A stretch of 64,000 nucleotides of DNA from an uncultured candidate division Zixibacteria bacterium. GTDB taxonomy: Bacteria; Zixibacteria; MSB-5A5; GN15; FEB-12. Under the pieces are notes generated by a model that was not told where the DNA came from, did no database searches, and worked only from the letters and a program-made list of their open reading frames with translations. The stretch is taken from NCBI GenBank assembly GCA_963664195.1, contig OY760907.1, positions 1,760,001 to 1,824,000 on the forward strand, given 5' to 3'. Below are positions 9,969-20,986 of the stretch, one piece after another. Numbering within the stretch: the stretch's first letter is position 1; every line of letters begins with the position of its first letter. The translations under genes and the position numbers were made by a program.

Positions 9969-10850
9969 ATGGCACCTAAAAAGAAAAACAACAACGACCA
10001 CAATTGGCTTTCCAAGTCATACAATAATTATGAATTCCTCAACAGCCCGGCCGCACGCACTATTCGCGTGATGTCCGAAATGGTTGAGCCGGCCGACCGC
10101 TTCCGCAAGCACAAAGTCTGGGATACGGTCGTTTTTTTCGGCTCGGCCCGTACACTGCCGATGCGCACCGCCCGCAAGAATCTTCGCGAAATCGAGAACC
10201 GCCTCAAAAAACAGTCCCGTAACAATCCCAAACTCACTGCCGCCCTTCGAAAGGCCAGTTGCGACGTTACCATGGCCCGCTACTACGAGGATGCCGTCAA
10301 GCTTGCCGAAAAACTGACGCGCTGGTTCATCGAACTCGAAGATCAGAACAAGCACTTCATGGTATGCACCGGAGGCGGCCCCGGCATCATGGAAGCCGCC
10401 AATCGGGGTGCCAAGAAAGCCGGCGGAAGATCGGTCGGTCTCAATATCGCCCTGCCGTTTGAACAGGACCCCAATCCGTATCAGACCCGCGAGCTGGCAA
10501 TCGAGTTCCATTACTTCTTCATCCGCAAGTTCTGGTTCTTCTATCTCGCCAAGGCACTCGTCGTATTTCCGGGCGGATTTGGTACTCTTGATGAGTTCTT
10601 CGAACTGCTCACCATCATCCAGACCGAGAAATCGAAAAAATATATGCCGGTAGTACTTTTTGGCTCTGAGTACTGGAACGAAGTTATCAACGTTGAAGCC
10701 ATGGCCAAATGGGGCACGATCTCCACGGATGATCTGAGACTTTTCAAAACTATGGATGACGTCGACGAAGCTTTCGATTACTTGAAAACCGAACTCGACA
10801 ACCATTATGTCAACGGCTCGGGTGCGATCAAACGAAAAGCGGCCAGGTGA
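9969..10850 (+). CDS. LOG family (TIGR00730-like) nucleotide phosphoribohydrolase
   Basis: VFFGSAR, TGGGPGIMEAANRGA, PGGFGTLDE motifs. Confidence 0.9.
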   Translation: MAPKKKNNNDHNWLSKSYNNYEFLNSPAARTIRVMSEMVEPADRFRKHKVWDTVVFFGSARTLPMRTARKNLREIENRLKKQSRNNPKLTAALRKASCDVTMARYYEDAVKLAEKLTRWFIELEDQNKHFMVCTGGGPGIMEAANRGAKKAGGRSVGLNIALPFEQDPNPYQTRELAIEFHYFFIRKFWFFYLAKALVVFPGGFGTLDEFFELLTIIQTEKSKKYMPVVLFGSEYWNEVINVEAMAKWGTISTDDLRLFKTMDDVDEAFDYLKTELDNHYVNGSGAIKRKAAR

Positions 10851-12598
10851 GCGAAAGCGTGTTTCTTCCCACCACGCGAAAAGAGCTTAAACAGCTCGGC
10901 TGGAAAAAGCTCGATGTCATCCTCGTTACTGGCGACGCCTATATCGACAGCCCGTACATCGGCACCTCAGTTATCGGGCGTGTGCTCACCGACGCCGGAT
11001 TCCGCGTGGGAGTGATCGCTCAGCCAAACGTCGACGCAGAGCAGGATATCACCCGTCTTGGCGAACCTACTCTGTTCTGGGGTGTCAGCGGTGGCTCAAT
11101 CGACTCCATGGTCGCCAACTACACGGCTACCAAGAAGAAGCGCAAATCGGACGACTACACGCCCGGCGGCAAAAACAGCCGGCGACCCGACCGTGCCGCT
11201 ATCGCCTATTCGAACCTGATCCGCCGACAGTTCAAACAAACCCGACCGATTGTCCTCGGCGGCGTCGAGGCCTCCCTCAGGCGAATAGCCCACTACGACT
11301 ACTGGTCCGACAGGATTCGCAAGTCAATACTCTTCGATGCCAAAGCCGATTACCTCGTTTACGGTATGGGGGAGAAGACGGTTGTCGAACTGGCTCGGAA
11401 ACTTCGCGATGAAGACTCGGTCTGTGACGTCAGAGGGCTGTGCTACATCGCCAAAGAAGCTCGATCGGACTACACTGAACTGCCCTCATTCGATGAAGTA
11501 TCCGGTGACACAAAAGCCTTCACCGCGATGTTCAAAACGTTCTACCAGAACAACGATCCGATCACCGCGGAAGGCCTCTGCCAGAAGCAAGACACTCGCT
11601 ACCTGATCCAGAACCCGCCATCGACGGCGATGTCACAGAGCGATCTCGACGAACTCCACGCCCTCCCGTTTACCTACGACGTTCACCCGTTTTACAAGAA
11701 CCAGGGTGAGGTCAAGGCGCTCGACACGATCCGCTTTTCGATCAACACGCATCGCGGCTGTTACGGTGAGTGCAATTTCTGCTCTATCGCCGTTCACCAG
11801 GGGCGCACCATTCAATGGCGCAGCGAGGATTCAATTCTGGAGGAAGCCCGCCGTCTCACCAAGCTCCCCGACTTCAAGGGCTACATCCACGATGTCGGCG
11901 GACCAACTGCCAACATGTACGGCTTCGAGTGCGCAAAAAAACTCACCGATGGAGCCTGTATAAACAAGCGGTGCCTGTATCCAAAAAAGTGCAAGGACCT
12001 CAAAATCGACCACAGTCCACAGACCCGCCTGCTGCAGAACCTTCGCAAAATACCCGGTATCAAGAAAGTGTTCGTGGCCTCCGGCGTTCGGTACGACATG
12101 GTTCTCGATGACCGTCAGCACGGGCTGCCATACATGAAAGAGCTGGTGGGGCATCACGTTTCCGGTCAGATGAAAATTGCACCGGAACACATGGCCGATC
12201 ACGTTCTCAAGAAGATGGGCAAGCCGATGCAACAATCTCTCGGCGACTTCACGGACCTCTTCAACGACCTGACCAAAAAGGCGGGCAAGCAGCAATTCCT
12301 GACCTATTATCTGATTGCCGCGCATCCGGGCTGCTCGCTCGAAGACATGCAGTCGCTAAAAACGTACACGCGGGAGAAACTGAAAATCCGCCCCGAGCAG
12401 GTACAGGTTTTTACACCGCTTCCCTCGACCTACTCCGCCCTGATGTACTATACCGAAACTGACCCGATCAGCGGTCGATCCCTGTTTGTCGAAAAAGACA
12501 TAAACCGCAAGCAGAAACAGAAGTCTGCGGTTACCGACAAATCGCCGGTTCAGCCGGTCTCGAAACCACGACGCCGACCCAGGAGGAAAAAACGATGA
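10847..12598 (+). CDS. ygiQ: YgiQ family radical SAM protein
   Basis: FLPTT...LDVILVTGDAYID, CYGECNFC (CxxxCxxC), DVGGPTANMY, YLIAAHPGC; overlaps LOG stop. Confidence 0.92.
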   Translation: MSESVFLPTTRKELKQLGWKKLDVILVTGDAYIDSPYIGTSVIGRVLTDAGFRVGVIAQPNVDAEQDITRLGEPTLFWGVSGGSIDSMVANYTATKKKRKSDDYTPGGKNSRRPDRAAIAYSNLIRRQFKQTRPIVLGGVEASLRRIAHYDYWSDRIRKSILFDAKADYLVYGMGEKTVVELARKLRDEDSVCDVRGLCYIAKEARSDYTELPSFDEVSGDTKAFTAMFKTFYQNNDPITAEGLCQKQDTRYLIQNPPSTAMSQSDLDELHALPFTYDVHPFYKNQGEVKALDTIRFSINTHRGCYGECNFCSIAVHQGRTIQWRSEDSILEEARRLTKLPDFKGYIHDVGGPTANMYGFECAKKLTDGACINKRCLYPKKCKDLKIDHSPQTRLLQNLRKIPGIKKVFVASGVRYDMVLDDRQHGLPYMKELVGHHVSGQMKIAPEHMADHVLKKMGKPMQQSLGDFTDLFNDLTKKAGKQQFLTYYLIAAHPGCSLEDMQSLKTYTREKLKIRPEQVQVFTPLPSTYSALMYYTETDPISGRSLFVEKDINRKQKQKSAVTDKSPVQPVSKPRRRPRRKKR

Positions 12599-12831
12599 GC
12601 GATATCAAGATGACCGGCGAAATCAGAACCGACTACGATTGCGAAATCAAAGGCATCCCGGCCAAAGCCTACGGGGAAGCAGTGTTCAATATCGACGGCG
12701 AGGAACTTGTGATGGAAGTTAGCGTCGAGGACAAAGTTATCGTGGCCCTGATGGCCGGCGAAGAAGCCGTTTGGAAAGGCACCCTTGAGGGCCTCAAACA
12801 ACTCCTCCGAGGCGAAATCAAAGCACGCTAG
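12595..12831 (+). CDS. Small hypothetical protein
   Basis: GGAGG RBS, ATGA overlap with ygiQ stop, normal codon usage. Confidence 0.75.
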   Translation: MSDIKMTGEIRTDYDCEIKGIPAKAYGEAVFNIDGEELVMEVSVEDKVIVALMAGEEAVWKGTLEGLKQLLRGEIKAR

Positions 12832-12926
12832 AGCTGGCCGCTTCTGAACCGGATTGACGGTAGATAGGAAAAAGCACCAAACGTGACGTGAACATAGACT
12901 ACCAATGTTTTAGGGGAGAACGAATT

Positions 12927-13421
12927 ATGAATCGCGATGGATTCTGGAAGATTATTGACCAGGCTCGGGAATCAGCAGACAGTATAGACGATCTTGCACC
13001 CAAGGTGCTGACTAAACTGAAGGAATTGAACGCGGAGGAAATCGTCTGTTTTGCACAGATAATGTCCGAACTGGTAGTTGAGTCTTATCGATGGGACCTG
13101 TGGGCAGTGGCCTATATCATCAATGGCGGTTGTGGAGATGACGGATTCGAATACTTTCGAGGATGGCTTCTGGCCCAGGGGCGGAAGCGTTTCGAGTCTG
13201 CACTCAACAATCCTGAGGATATTGGAGGGTGGGCGAAGCCAGGCGAATGTGAGTGCGAGGACATCTTGTACGTGGGATATGATGCCTATTCCGAAAAGAC
13301 CGGCGAGGACCTGCCAGCCGAGCGAATCAAGGTGCAGTATCCATCAGAGCCTTCAGGTGAACCTTGGGAGGAAGATCAATTGGAGCGGCTGTTTCCGAGG
13401 CTGCATGCTAAGTTCTCCTGA
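12927..13421 (+). CDS. DUF4240 family protein
   Basis: MNRDGFWKIIDQAR, WDLWAVAYIINGGCGDDGFEYFRGWLLAQG, FPRL end; GGGGAG RBS before ATG 12927. Confidence 0.85.
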   Translation: MNRDGFWKIIDQARESADSIDDLAPKVLTKLKELNAEEIVCFAQIMSELVVESYRWDLWAVAYIINGGCGDDGFEYFRGWLLAQGRKRFESALNNPEDIGGWAKPGECECEDILYVGYDAYSEKTGEDLPAERIKVQYPSEPSGEPWEEDQLERLFPRLHAKFS

Positions 13422-13488
13422 TTTTTAGCAACAGGTCGGGTCGGAATGTGGCCCGACCTCTCGTACTTGAGCCCCGGAGTAAAACACA

Positions 13489-14028
13489 ATGCAAACCTAC
13501 ACAGTCCCCAAACCACTCGTAGCCGATCCGGGCTTCTCCGTCAAACGCATCAAAGCCCTGAACGGCCTCGACCTCAGCATGATCGACACCCCCATTGTCG
13601 ACATCATCGAGTCCTTCACCAAAATCACGCACTGCTACACGCTACAATGTTGCTGGGGGCATTTCGTCCACGACGGCCAACCCGAACGTGAAGGCCTCGA
13701 GCCGCTCGCCCACTACAACGACAACACCGAGGTCGAGTACCGCATTGCCTACATAGCTTTTCACATTGAAAACAGCAAGAACGGAGAAGACCTGATAGAA
13801 GACCTGAGTGCACTCCAGAATCTCGACCCGCAAAACATCCAATTCTGTTGCGCCGACTGGTTCTGGAACCAACAGGTGAACACGTACGCGATTCAGGTCG
13901 AACCCGACCGCTTCAAAAAGCAAGACACCGCGATGCTTTGCATTGCCGAAGCTCTATACATCGAAAAACTGCGCAAGCAGTTCTTTGATCGCCTGAGGGA
14001 TATCCTTCCACGGCACCAGCTCTTGTAG
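13489..14028 (+). CDS. Hypothetical protein
   Basis: GGAG RBS; 179 aa; IDTPIVDII..YTLQCCWGHF weakly recalls TYW3-like N-termini. Confidence 0.7.
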   Translation: MQTYTVPKPLVADPGFSVKRIKALNGLDLSMIDTPIVDIIESFTKITHCYTLQCCWGHFVHDGQPEREGLEPLAHYNDNTEVEYRIAYIAFHIENSKNGEDLIEDLSALQNLDPQNIQFCCADWFWNQQVNTYAIQVEPDRFKKQDTAMLCIAEALYIEKLRKQFFDRLRDILPRHQLL

Positions 14029-14144
14029 GGCAGAACCCGGTCATGCGCAAACGCCCATTGACTATATATGACGAAGCGGTTCTGCCACATCTGTTCCGGC
14101 GGTTTTTCAACGGGCACACGAGGGCGCGTGCCGCGCACGCAGAT

Positions 14145-15344
14145 TCAGAACACAACCTGGAACTGCGAGCGGACAATGACGTCCGCGTGAGAGTCCCGGT
14201 GGAATGTCCGCCGGATTACCCCGACATCGTTTTGCCACTGCACTGATGATCCGTGCAACTGAGAGTTCACTCCCAGTGTGAACTCCATCTCCGTCTCGGC
14301 CTGACCGGAGGGAAGTCGGGCTACCAGTTCATCCTCGAAATGCACAATTGCATACCGCGCCGCAATACTGCGCGAATCCGAAACCGGCCATGACGCCTGC
14401 AACAGCCCTCCCAGAGCGGCAAGTCTGGTGTCCAACAGCCGTGCGAACCCGGCGTATCCGATCGCCCGAATCGCCAGTCCGCTACTCTCAATCTGCAGTT
14501 CCGGCGCGATACGGGCTACAAAATCCTTCTGATTCTCCGCATCACAATCGTACGTTCCTGAAAGGTTTAGCAGATAGCTGAGATTACCGTTCGAAGCGTC
14601 GCTGTCGGGACCGTTTTTCTCACCCGAGGAGCCAAAACCAATACTTGCCACCAGCTCCGGGTGAAATTCCCCGCGCGGCCCCGGATTGGACAGGGCCGAG
14701 GGATTCAGGATACGTGCACCGTAGGCACGTGCCAGGCCGACCCCGTGCGAGGCTCGTGCGTTGGTCCCTGAGAACACGCCGAAGGCATACGTCAGCCCCG
14801 AGGAGCGTCGCCAGCCGTTGTGTACGGTCACGCCCATCTGACGCTCCGCCCCGAAACAGGTTGACACAATCGACCAGTCGGCGAATCCGAGTTGCGAAAA
14901 CGACTGCTGCCGGTAGCGCGTGAACGGAATCTTGTACTGACCGACACGGAACTGTACGCGTGAGTTCAAATGATAATCGAAATAGAAATCGATCAGTTCC
15001 GACGATCCCGGGGCCGCGCTCAATTGCGTCTTAAACGTTAGGTCGGGACCGAACAGGTCTCCGCTCAAAATGAAGCGAATCCGTCGAGCCTCCATCTCCA
15101 GAGACTCATCGCTGTTGCCGGCCCCGCCTGCATCGGTCGCGGTGAACTGGGTTCGCAACTGCCCGGCAAACCCGAATCGAATGTAGCTGGAGCTGTCGGC
15201 GCTGTAGACTACGATTGGGGGCAGCGACTGTTCTCTGTCGTCGGCATACGCCGAGATCGACAGGCCGCACAAACACAAACAGACAGCCGATACGAATGCA
15301 ATGACACTGTTGAACGACGCAGATGCGCACGTGCCGTGAACCAC
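14145..15344 (-). CDS. Outer-membrane porin, OprO/OprP-like
   Basis: GTG after GGAGG; signal peptide; RRIRF, DFYFDY, VGQYKIPF; C-terminal QFQVVF beta-signal. Confidence 0.75.
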   Translation of the reverse strand: MVHGTCASASFNSVIAFVSAVCLCLCGLSISAYADDREQSLPPIVVYSADSSSYIRFGFAGQLRTQFTATDAGGAGNSDESLEMEARRIRFILSGDLFGPDLTFKTQLSAAPGSSELIDFYFDYHLNSRVQFRVGQYKIPFTRYRQQSFSQLGFADWSIVSTCFGAERQMGVTVHNGWRRSSGLTYAFGVFSGTNARASHGVGLARAYGARILNPSALSNPGPRGEFHPELVASIGFGSSGEKNGPDSDASNGNLSYLLNLSGTYDCDAENQKDFVARIAPELQIESSGLAIRAIGYAGFARLLDTRLAALGGLLQASWPVSDSRSIAARYAIVHFEDELVARLPSGQAETEMEFTLGVNSQLHGSSVQWQNDVGVIRRTFHRDSHADVIVRSQFQVVF

Positions 15345-15520
15345 TATGTTTACCTCCAGAAAGTGGCGAATGACCTGCCGGTCGTGAGACGGGCAACGAC
15401 ACGGTCGACAATCCCGTCCGCTTTTCACGGCGTAAGATAAACGAATACGGTGCAAAAGAAAGGGCAAAGGAAGCGGGAGGTAAGATTGTGGCCCCACCTT
15501 TCAAGGCGCAAACAAGAGCC

Positions 15521-16348
15521 TCAACCCCATGCTTCCCGCACTTGACGAAGATCAGAGGTTGTCTCGACAACGATTTCGCGCGGCATGCCAAACTGCGTCA
15601 CGATTGCATCAACCAACTCGCGCTGATTTGTCAACCGACGCGCATGTGACTCAGTGGCTTGAGACTCAATCAGGGACAAACCCCTGATCGAAACCGTTCG
15701 CCCCGGATAAAACCGCACCATGAGCAATTCATTCATGAATGTCGACCGGTCCGTCAGCGAGTCGGCAATCGCTTCCTCGAAAAACTCAATCGATCTCGGC
15801 GTGGGTTTCGCACGGTAACCGTGGACCTGCTTGCCATATCGGTGAAGTTCCATCGGTGAATGACCGTCTTCGTTCTGCCGTCGCAAGACATACCGATCCT
15901 GACCGAACACTACTTCGACATCCTCGTCCAGATCACGAGGAAGGGGCTGCGTGAAAGGTGCTGCGTAGCCGACATCTACGAGATACTCCCGTCCCTCAAG
16001 CTCCACTCTTATCCATGTGTGCACGTCGGGATCCTCCATGTCCGCGCCACAGAAAAACGCCTCATATCCGAGATGCATCAACAGCAGGTACAAGTAGTAG
16101 TTGTTCGCGTAGCAAGTTCCCCCGAAATGAAACCGCTCAATGCCATCGAGGTACGACTCGATATGTATGAGACTTTGCAGACCCGGTTGCTTGCGGTAGT
16201 GGAGTTTTGAAACGGTCTCAAAGGGAATTCGCATCAAATGGCAAGATACGACTTCGGACAACGCCTCAAGACTCGGTGCCTTGGGAACGATGCCGAGCAG
16301 GTGAATGTACTTCCGGGCAAGTTTCGGATCCAGGAATCGGATTGCCAT
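15521..16348 (-). CDS. Arylamine N-acetyltransferase family protein
   Basis: HLMRIPFE, GGTCY (Cys), DVHTW (His), YLVDVGY (Asp) catalytic triad. Confidence 0.88.
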   Translation of the reverse strand: MAIRFLDPKLARKYIHLLGIVPKAPSLEALSEVVSCHLMRIPFETVSKLHYRKQPGLQSLIHIESYLDGIERFHFGGTCYANNYYLYLLLMHLGYEAFFCGADMEDPDVHTWIRVELEGREYLVDVGYAAPFTQPLPRDLDEDVEVVFGQDRYVLRRQNEDGHSPMELHRYGKQVHGYRAKPTPRSIEFFEEAIADSLTDRSTFMNELLMVRFYPGRTVSIRGLSLIESQATESHARRLTNQRELVDAIVTQFGMPREIVVETTSDLRQVREAWG

Positions 16349-16498
16349 GAAAACTGTTCACTCCGCGGCTGAGTTTGTTGCGCCCTATTCCTATGATACT
16401 CACAGTTCCCCTCGCAGGCAAGTCTTCACAGGTCGGGTTCCGAGGTGACCGTGCTACGGGCGGCGAGAAAACCCGACATCCTTGTGAGAACTCCCACT

Positions 16499-17821
16499 TC
16501 AATCCAACACCAACTCGCCCGTCAACTGGTCCAACTCCAATCTGGATATCCGCGCCTGAAACCTTGCCGCAATTAACGCCGACCGCGCTTGCATCAAACT
16601 CACCTGTGCATCCCGAAATTCAAGCGAACTCGTCGCGCCCAGGCGATACCGATCTTGCTGCAATTCGAGATTCTGCCTCGCCGCCTGCACGTTCTGTTCC
16701 TCCAGTGCCAGCAGTTCCATCTGTTTGCTATACGTGTCGTAAGTCTGCTTGACATTACCCGCCAGTCGATTGCGTGCGTCGCGAAACGCCAGCTTCTGAT
16801 TGTTGGCTTCAATCCGCGCATTCCGGTACGCGATATTGTCCCGGTTGCCGTTGAAGATATTGAACGTCAACGCCAGGCCAATCGTCGCATCCGTTGTTTC
16901 AGTCGTCTGGTCGCTGTACTGGCTGAGGTCGGGGGAGACTGTCCGATCCGTGTACCCGTAGTCGGCCGTCAGTGCGAGCTTCGGCATAAACGTCGAACGC
17001 GCAGACTTAACCGACTGATCTGCTACTGCAGCGCTCTGTTCAGACACTTTCAGCGAGGCGTTGTGATCGTGCGCCCGTTTCATCAGGTCGTTGTACGCAA
17101 GAGTCATGTCGGGAATCACGATGACCTCGCTCACCTGCAGCGGCGTCGCCGGATCCTGCCCCAGGGCCAGGTTCAACTCTTCCTGGGCGATCGCCACCGC
17201 CAACTGCTGATTGAGCAGGTTCGATTGATCACGGTTAAACGCAACCTGGGCGTTCAACAGATCGGTCGACGAAGCGCCGCCAAGTTCGTTGCGTACGCGT
17301 TCCTTGCTCAATCGAGCATCCGAGACATCCCGGGAGTCTTGGGCCACGTCCAGCAGTTGCTCCTGCTTCACCAGATTGAAATACGCCCGCGAAATGCCCA
17401 CCACGCTGCTCTCTATTGCGTTTCGTGCCTGGTACTCACCCAGTTTTGCCAGAGCATCATACCGGCTCTTGTTGGCGAACATCTGGAACCCGTCGAACAA
17501 CATCCAGTTTAGCGAAACCTTTGCACTCTTAACTTCGGTTTCCGTATCACCCATACTCGTTGCCGAGTTGGATTCCACGTCGGAATCAGTCAGCGAATAA
17601 CTGCCGTTTGCATTGAGCGCCGGAAGGAACCCGGCCGTGCCGAGTCCCTTGTTGTTGTCAGAAATCCTCGCGTTGTTGCGCGCGATCTGTATGTCAAAGT
17701 TGTTCTTCAGCCCGAGCGCAATTGCATCCTCGAGCGTCATATCCTGCGCGGCTGCAGTCGATGCCAGGAGTAGGAGGGCCAGCAGAAATCTTATCATCGG
17801 TTTCATCCTCAGTGTGTGCAT
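16499..17821 (-). CDS. TolC-family outer-membrane efflux protein
   Basis: LTLEDAI-like start, two OEP halves, RYRLGATSSLEFRDAQ; downstream of RND gene. Confidence 0.9.
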   Translation of the reverse strand: MHTLRMKPMIRFLLALLLLASTAAAQDMTLEDAIALGLKNNFDIQIARNNARISDNNKGLGTAGFLPALNANGSYSLTDSDVESNSATSMGDTETEVKSAKVSLNWMLFDGFQMFANKSRYDALAKLGEYQARNAIESSVVGISRAYFNLVKQEQLLDVAQDSRDVSDARLSKERVRNELGGASSTDLLNAQVAFNRDQSNLLNQQLAVAIAQEELNLALGQDPATPLQVSEVIVIPDMTLAYNDLMKRAHDHNASLKVSEQSAAVADQSVKSARSTFMPKLALTADYGYTDRTVSPDLSQYSDQTTETTDATIGLALTFNIFNGNRDNIAYRNARIEANNQKLAFRDARNRLAGNVKQTYDTYSKQMELLALEEQNVQAARQNLELQQDRYRLGATSSLEFRDAQVSLMQARSALIAARFQARISRLELDQLTGELVLD

Positions 17822-17824
17822 AGT

Positions 17825-20800
17825 TTACGCTACCACCTGCGTCTCAAGTTCTTTCACCGCCGGTTCCAGGGCCTCCGCGCCGCTTTTCTTACCGGTCGTG
17901 AGCCGGTTCCACAGTACTCGTATCTCGCTGAAAGCCACCACCAGAGCCGGCAATACCAACAACAGAATCAAAGTACCGAACATGAGGCCGTAGGCCACTG
18001 ATACCGCCATCGGAATAAGGAACTGTGCCTGGCGGCTGGTCTCCATAATCAGCGGCGCCAACCCCAGCGAGGTCGTCAGCGTAGTCAGCAGAATCGGTCT
18101 GAACCTTGCGACCCCCGAGTTGAAAGCAGCATCCTTTATCGACTGCCCCTCACGCAGGAATCGGTTCACTTGATCGACAAACACAATACTGTCGTTGATG
18201 ATAATGCCCGACAGCGCGATTATGCCAATCAGCGAAAGCATGTTCAACTGCATGCCGTGAATGCCGTGGCCCCAGACGGCCCCGAGTATGCCCAGAGGAA
18301 TTAACGAAAAAATCATCAGGGCCTGTCCGTAAGAGCGGAACACCAGGATCACCAGCACCAACATCCCCAACAAGGCGACCGGGAACGCTAGCTTGATTGA
18401 ATCGGTCATCTTCTTCTGCTGACGAGACTGCCCCTCGAACGAGGCCTTTACCCCCTGCACCTGTCCCATCACACGTGGAAGCACCTCGGTTTCGATTGCG
18501 TCCAGAATCGGAGGGAGATCCTCATCAGCGTCGGTCTGGTTGGCCTCCACTTTGATCTCTCTCTTGCGATCAAGGTGGCTGATTTTGGTTACACCACGCT
18601 TGATATTATACGACGCGATTTCGCTGAACGGGTACTCGTCCCCGGAGGCGGTACGAATACGCATTTCATCGAGCGAACCCAGGGCCGCGCGATCTTCATC
18701 GGCATACCTGACCCACACCCGTATCTCGTCACGGCCACGTTGAATACGCTGGATCTCCTGACCGTAGAATCCCTGTCGCACCTGACCCGCAACTTCCTGC
18801 AGCGTGAGGCCCAGAGCGTACGCTCTGGGTTTGAGCGTGATGTTTACTTCGCGGCGTCCTTCCCGGTCAGAATCGGTAACGTCCTTCAGCGAGCTGAAAT
18901 TCTCAAGCTCCGCCTTGAGCAGGTTCCGCGCCTTGTCCATTTGCTCAAAATCGTTTCCGAGCAGACTGACCGACACCGGTTTTCCCCAGTGACCGCCGCT
19001 GCTGAAACTGATGTTCTGTGCTTCAGGAACCTCGCCTACCTTCGCCCGGATTCGATTACCGATGGCATAGCTCTCCATGTTGCGAATCTCACCCTCAAGC
19101 AATTCGACCGTCAAGGCACCCGAGTGACTTCCCGATTCGCCGAAACTGTTGCTGCCGATATTGCGACGAATACCAGTAATGACATCGCGGCCATCGGCAC
19201 GTTCTTCTTTCAACTCCTCATTCACCTGCCAGCAGGCCTGCTCGATTCTGGCCAGCAACGAATCGGTTTCTGCCTCCTGGCTGCCGGAAGTGAGCGTGAG
19301 GTTGATCGGCACCGTGTCACCGTCCACATCCGGGAAGAACGTCACACCGATCAAACCGCCCCCGATCAAACCGTAAGTCAGAAGCAACAGGGCCGCCGGA
19401 ATAACCATAGTGATCCACTTGTGACGTATAGTCGACCTCAACAGAGGTGCGTACACTCGGTGCGTCATGTACTTGATGATCTTCTCACATTGTTGACGCA
19501 TGAGCGAAATCTTCTGGTCTTTCCTCAATCCTTTTGAGTGCGCCAGATGCGATGGCAAAATCAGGAATGCTTCGATTAAGGAAAACACCAGCGAAGCAAT
19601 CACCACCAGGGCCATCTGCCATATCATAATTCCCAGCCGACCGTCGAGGAAGAAAAACGCCGTGAAAATGATCACCGTGGTCATCACCGAGGTCATCACC
19701 GGGGTTGCCACCTCGCGAGTACCGTCGATAGCTGCCTGAAGCGCCGGTTTGCCCCGTTCGTAGTGGGAGAAAATGTTCTCCCCGACCACAATGCCGTCAT
19801 CGACCAGAATACCGATCACGAGAATCATACCAAAAAGGGACATGACATTGATAGTGATGCCAACAAACGAGGCGATTACAAACATGCCGGCAAACGCAAA
19901 CGGAATGCTCAATGCAACCCAGAAAGACAGCCGCAGGTTCAGGAAGAACCCCAGCGCCAGCACAACCAGAACCAGACCTATCAGCCCGTTTTTGATGAGG
20001 AGTTCCATGCGCTCTTTGAGCGGTACGGTGGCGTCACTCGTGACCGTTCCCTGTACCGTAGTGTTCTGCTCGTTGAATTCCGCCAGTTTTTCTTTGGCGA
20101 CCTTGGCGATTGCCAGAAGATCCTCTTCCTCGGTTTGCACTAACTCCAGGGCGAGAGAAACCTCGCCGTTGTAGTACTGTTTGTTGGGCGTGTCCTCCCA
20201 CTGCTCTTTGACCGTGGCCACATCCTTCAGATAGATCACCGTGCCATCGGCGTTGCCGCGAATCGGAACGTCCAGCAGATCTCTTGCAAAATAGTCACGC
20301 CCCCAGGCGCGAATAAGCAGCTCTTCCTCAGCAGTCTCAAACTTGCCGCCTGAGATGTTGACGTTTGCTCTCTGGACCGCAGCCGCGATTTCGTCGAAAG
20401 ACAGCGAGTACCGTCGAAGATCCGACTCGGAGACCTCAATTGAGAACTCCAGGTCTGGCAATCCAAGTATGTTCACCTGCGAGATTTCCGGCGAAGTCAG
20501 CAGCTCGTCGCGAAGGTTCTCGGCAATATATTTGAGATTGTACAGGTCGGTGCTGCCGTGGAGCATGATGATGAGCGTCCGGGCGCGGAACTTCTCCTCG
20601 TAGACAACCGGCTTCTCGGCGCCCACCGGGAACGAGTTGATGCGATCTATGGCGTTCTTGACATCAGTCAGCACCTTGTCAATGTCCGAACCCTGAGTCG
20701 TTTCTATCGTGACGCTGGCGGAGTTCTCCGAGGACACGGAAGTGACGCGCTCCACTCCCTGCAGGCCGTCCAGATTTTCCTCTATCTTCAGCGTCACGCC

Positions 20801-20986
20801 TTCCGCAATTTCATCCGGCGAGGCACCCGGGTAGGCAACCTGGACCGTGATTGTATCCGGCTCGGCTTCAGGGAAGAAGGAATACCGCAGCTGCCCCACG
20901 GAAATCATGCCGTATATAAACGTGCTGAACAGGAGCACGCTGACCCAGACCGGGTACCTTATCAGAAATGCGATTATCTTATTCAT
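17825..20986 (-). CDS. RND efflux permease (AcrB/AcrD/AcrF family)
   Basis: 1053 aa; YPGASPDEI, GILVDDGIVVGENI, RFRPILLTTLTT. Confidence 0.95.
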   Translation of the reverse strand: MNKIIAFLIRYPVWVSVLLFSTFIYGMISVGQLRYSFFPEAEPDTITVQVAYPGASPDEIAEGVTLKIEENLDGLQGVERVTSVSSENSASVTIETTQGSDIDKVLTDVKNAIDRINSFPVGAEKPVVYEEKFRARTLIIMLHGSTDLYNLKYIAENLRDELLTSPEISQVNILGLPDLEFSIEVSESDLRRYSLSFDEIAAAVQRANVNISGGKFETAEEELLIRAWGRDYFARDLLDVPIRGNADGTVIYLKDVATVKEQWEDTPNKQYYNGEVSLALELVQTEEEDLLAIAKVAKEKLAEFNEQNTTVQGTVTSDATVPLKERMELLIKNGLIGLVLVVLALGFFLNLRLSFWVALSIPFAFAGMFVIASFVGITINVMSLFGMILVIGILVDDGIVVGENIFSHYERGKPALQAAIDGTREVATPVMTSVMTTVIIFTAFFFLDGRLGIMIWQMALVVIASLVFSLIEAFLILPSHLAHSKGLRKDQKISLMRQQCEKIIKYMTHRVYAPLLRSTIRHKWITMVIPAALLLLTYGLIGGGLIGVTFFPDVDGDTVPINLTLTSGSQEAETDSLLARIEQACWQVNEELKEERADGRDVITGIRRNIGSNSFGESGSHSGALTVELLEGEIRNMESYAIGNRIRAKVGEVPEAQNISFSSGGHWGKPVSVSLLGNDFEQMDKARNLLKAELENFSSLKDVTDSDREGRREVNITLKPRAYALGLTLQEVAGQVRQGFYGQEIQRIQRGRDEIRVWVRYADEDRAALGSLDEMRIRTASGDEYPFSEIASYNIKRGVTKISHLDRKREIKVEANQTDADEDLPPILDAIETEVLPRVMGQVQGVKASFEGQSRQQKKMTDSIKLAFPVALLGMLVLVILVFRSYGQALMIFSLIPLGILGAVWGHGIHGMQLNMLSLIGIIALSGIIINDSIVFVDQVNRFLREGQSIKDAAFNSGVARFRPILLTTLTTSLGLAPLIMETSRQAQFLIPMAVSVAYGLMFGTLILLLVLPALVVAFSEIRVLWNRLTTGKKSGAEALEPAVKELETQVVA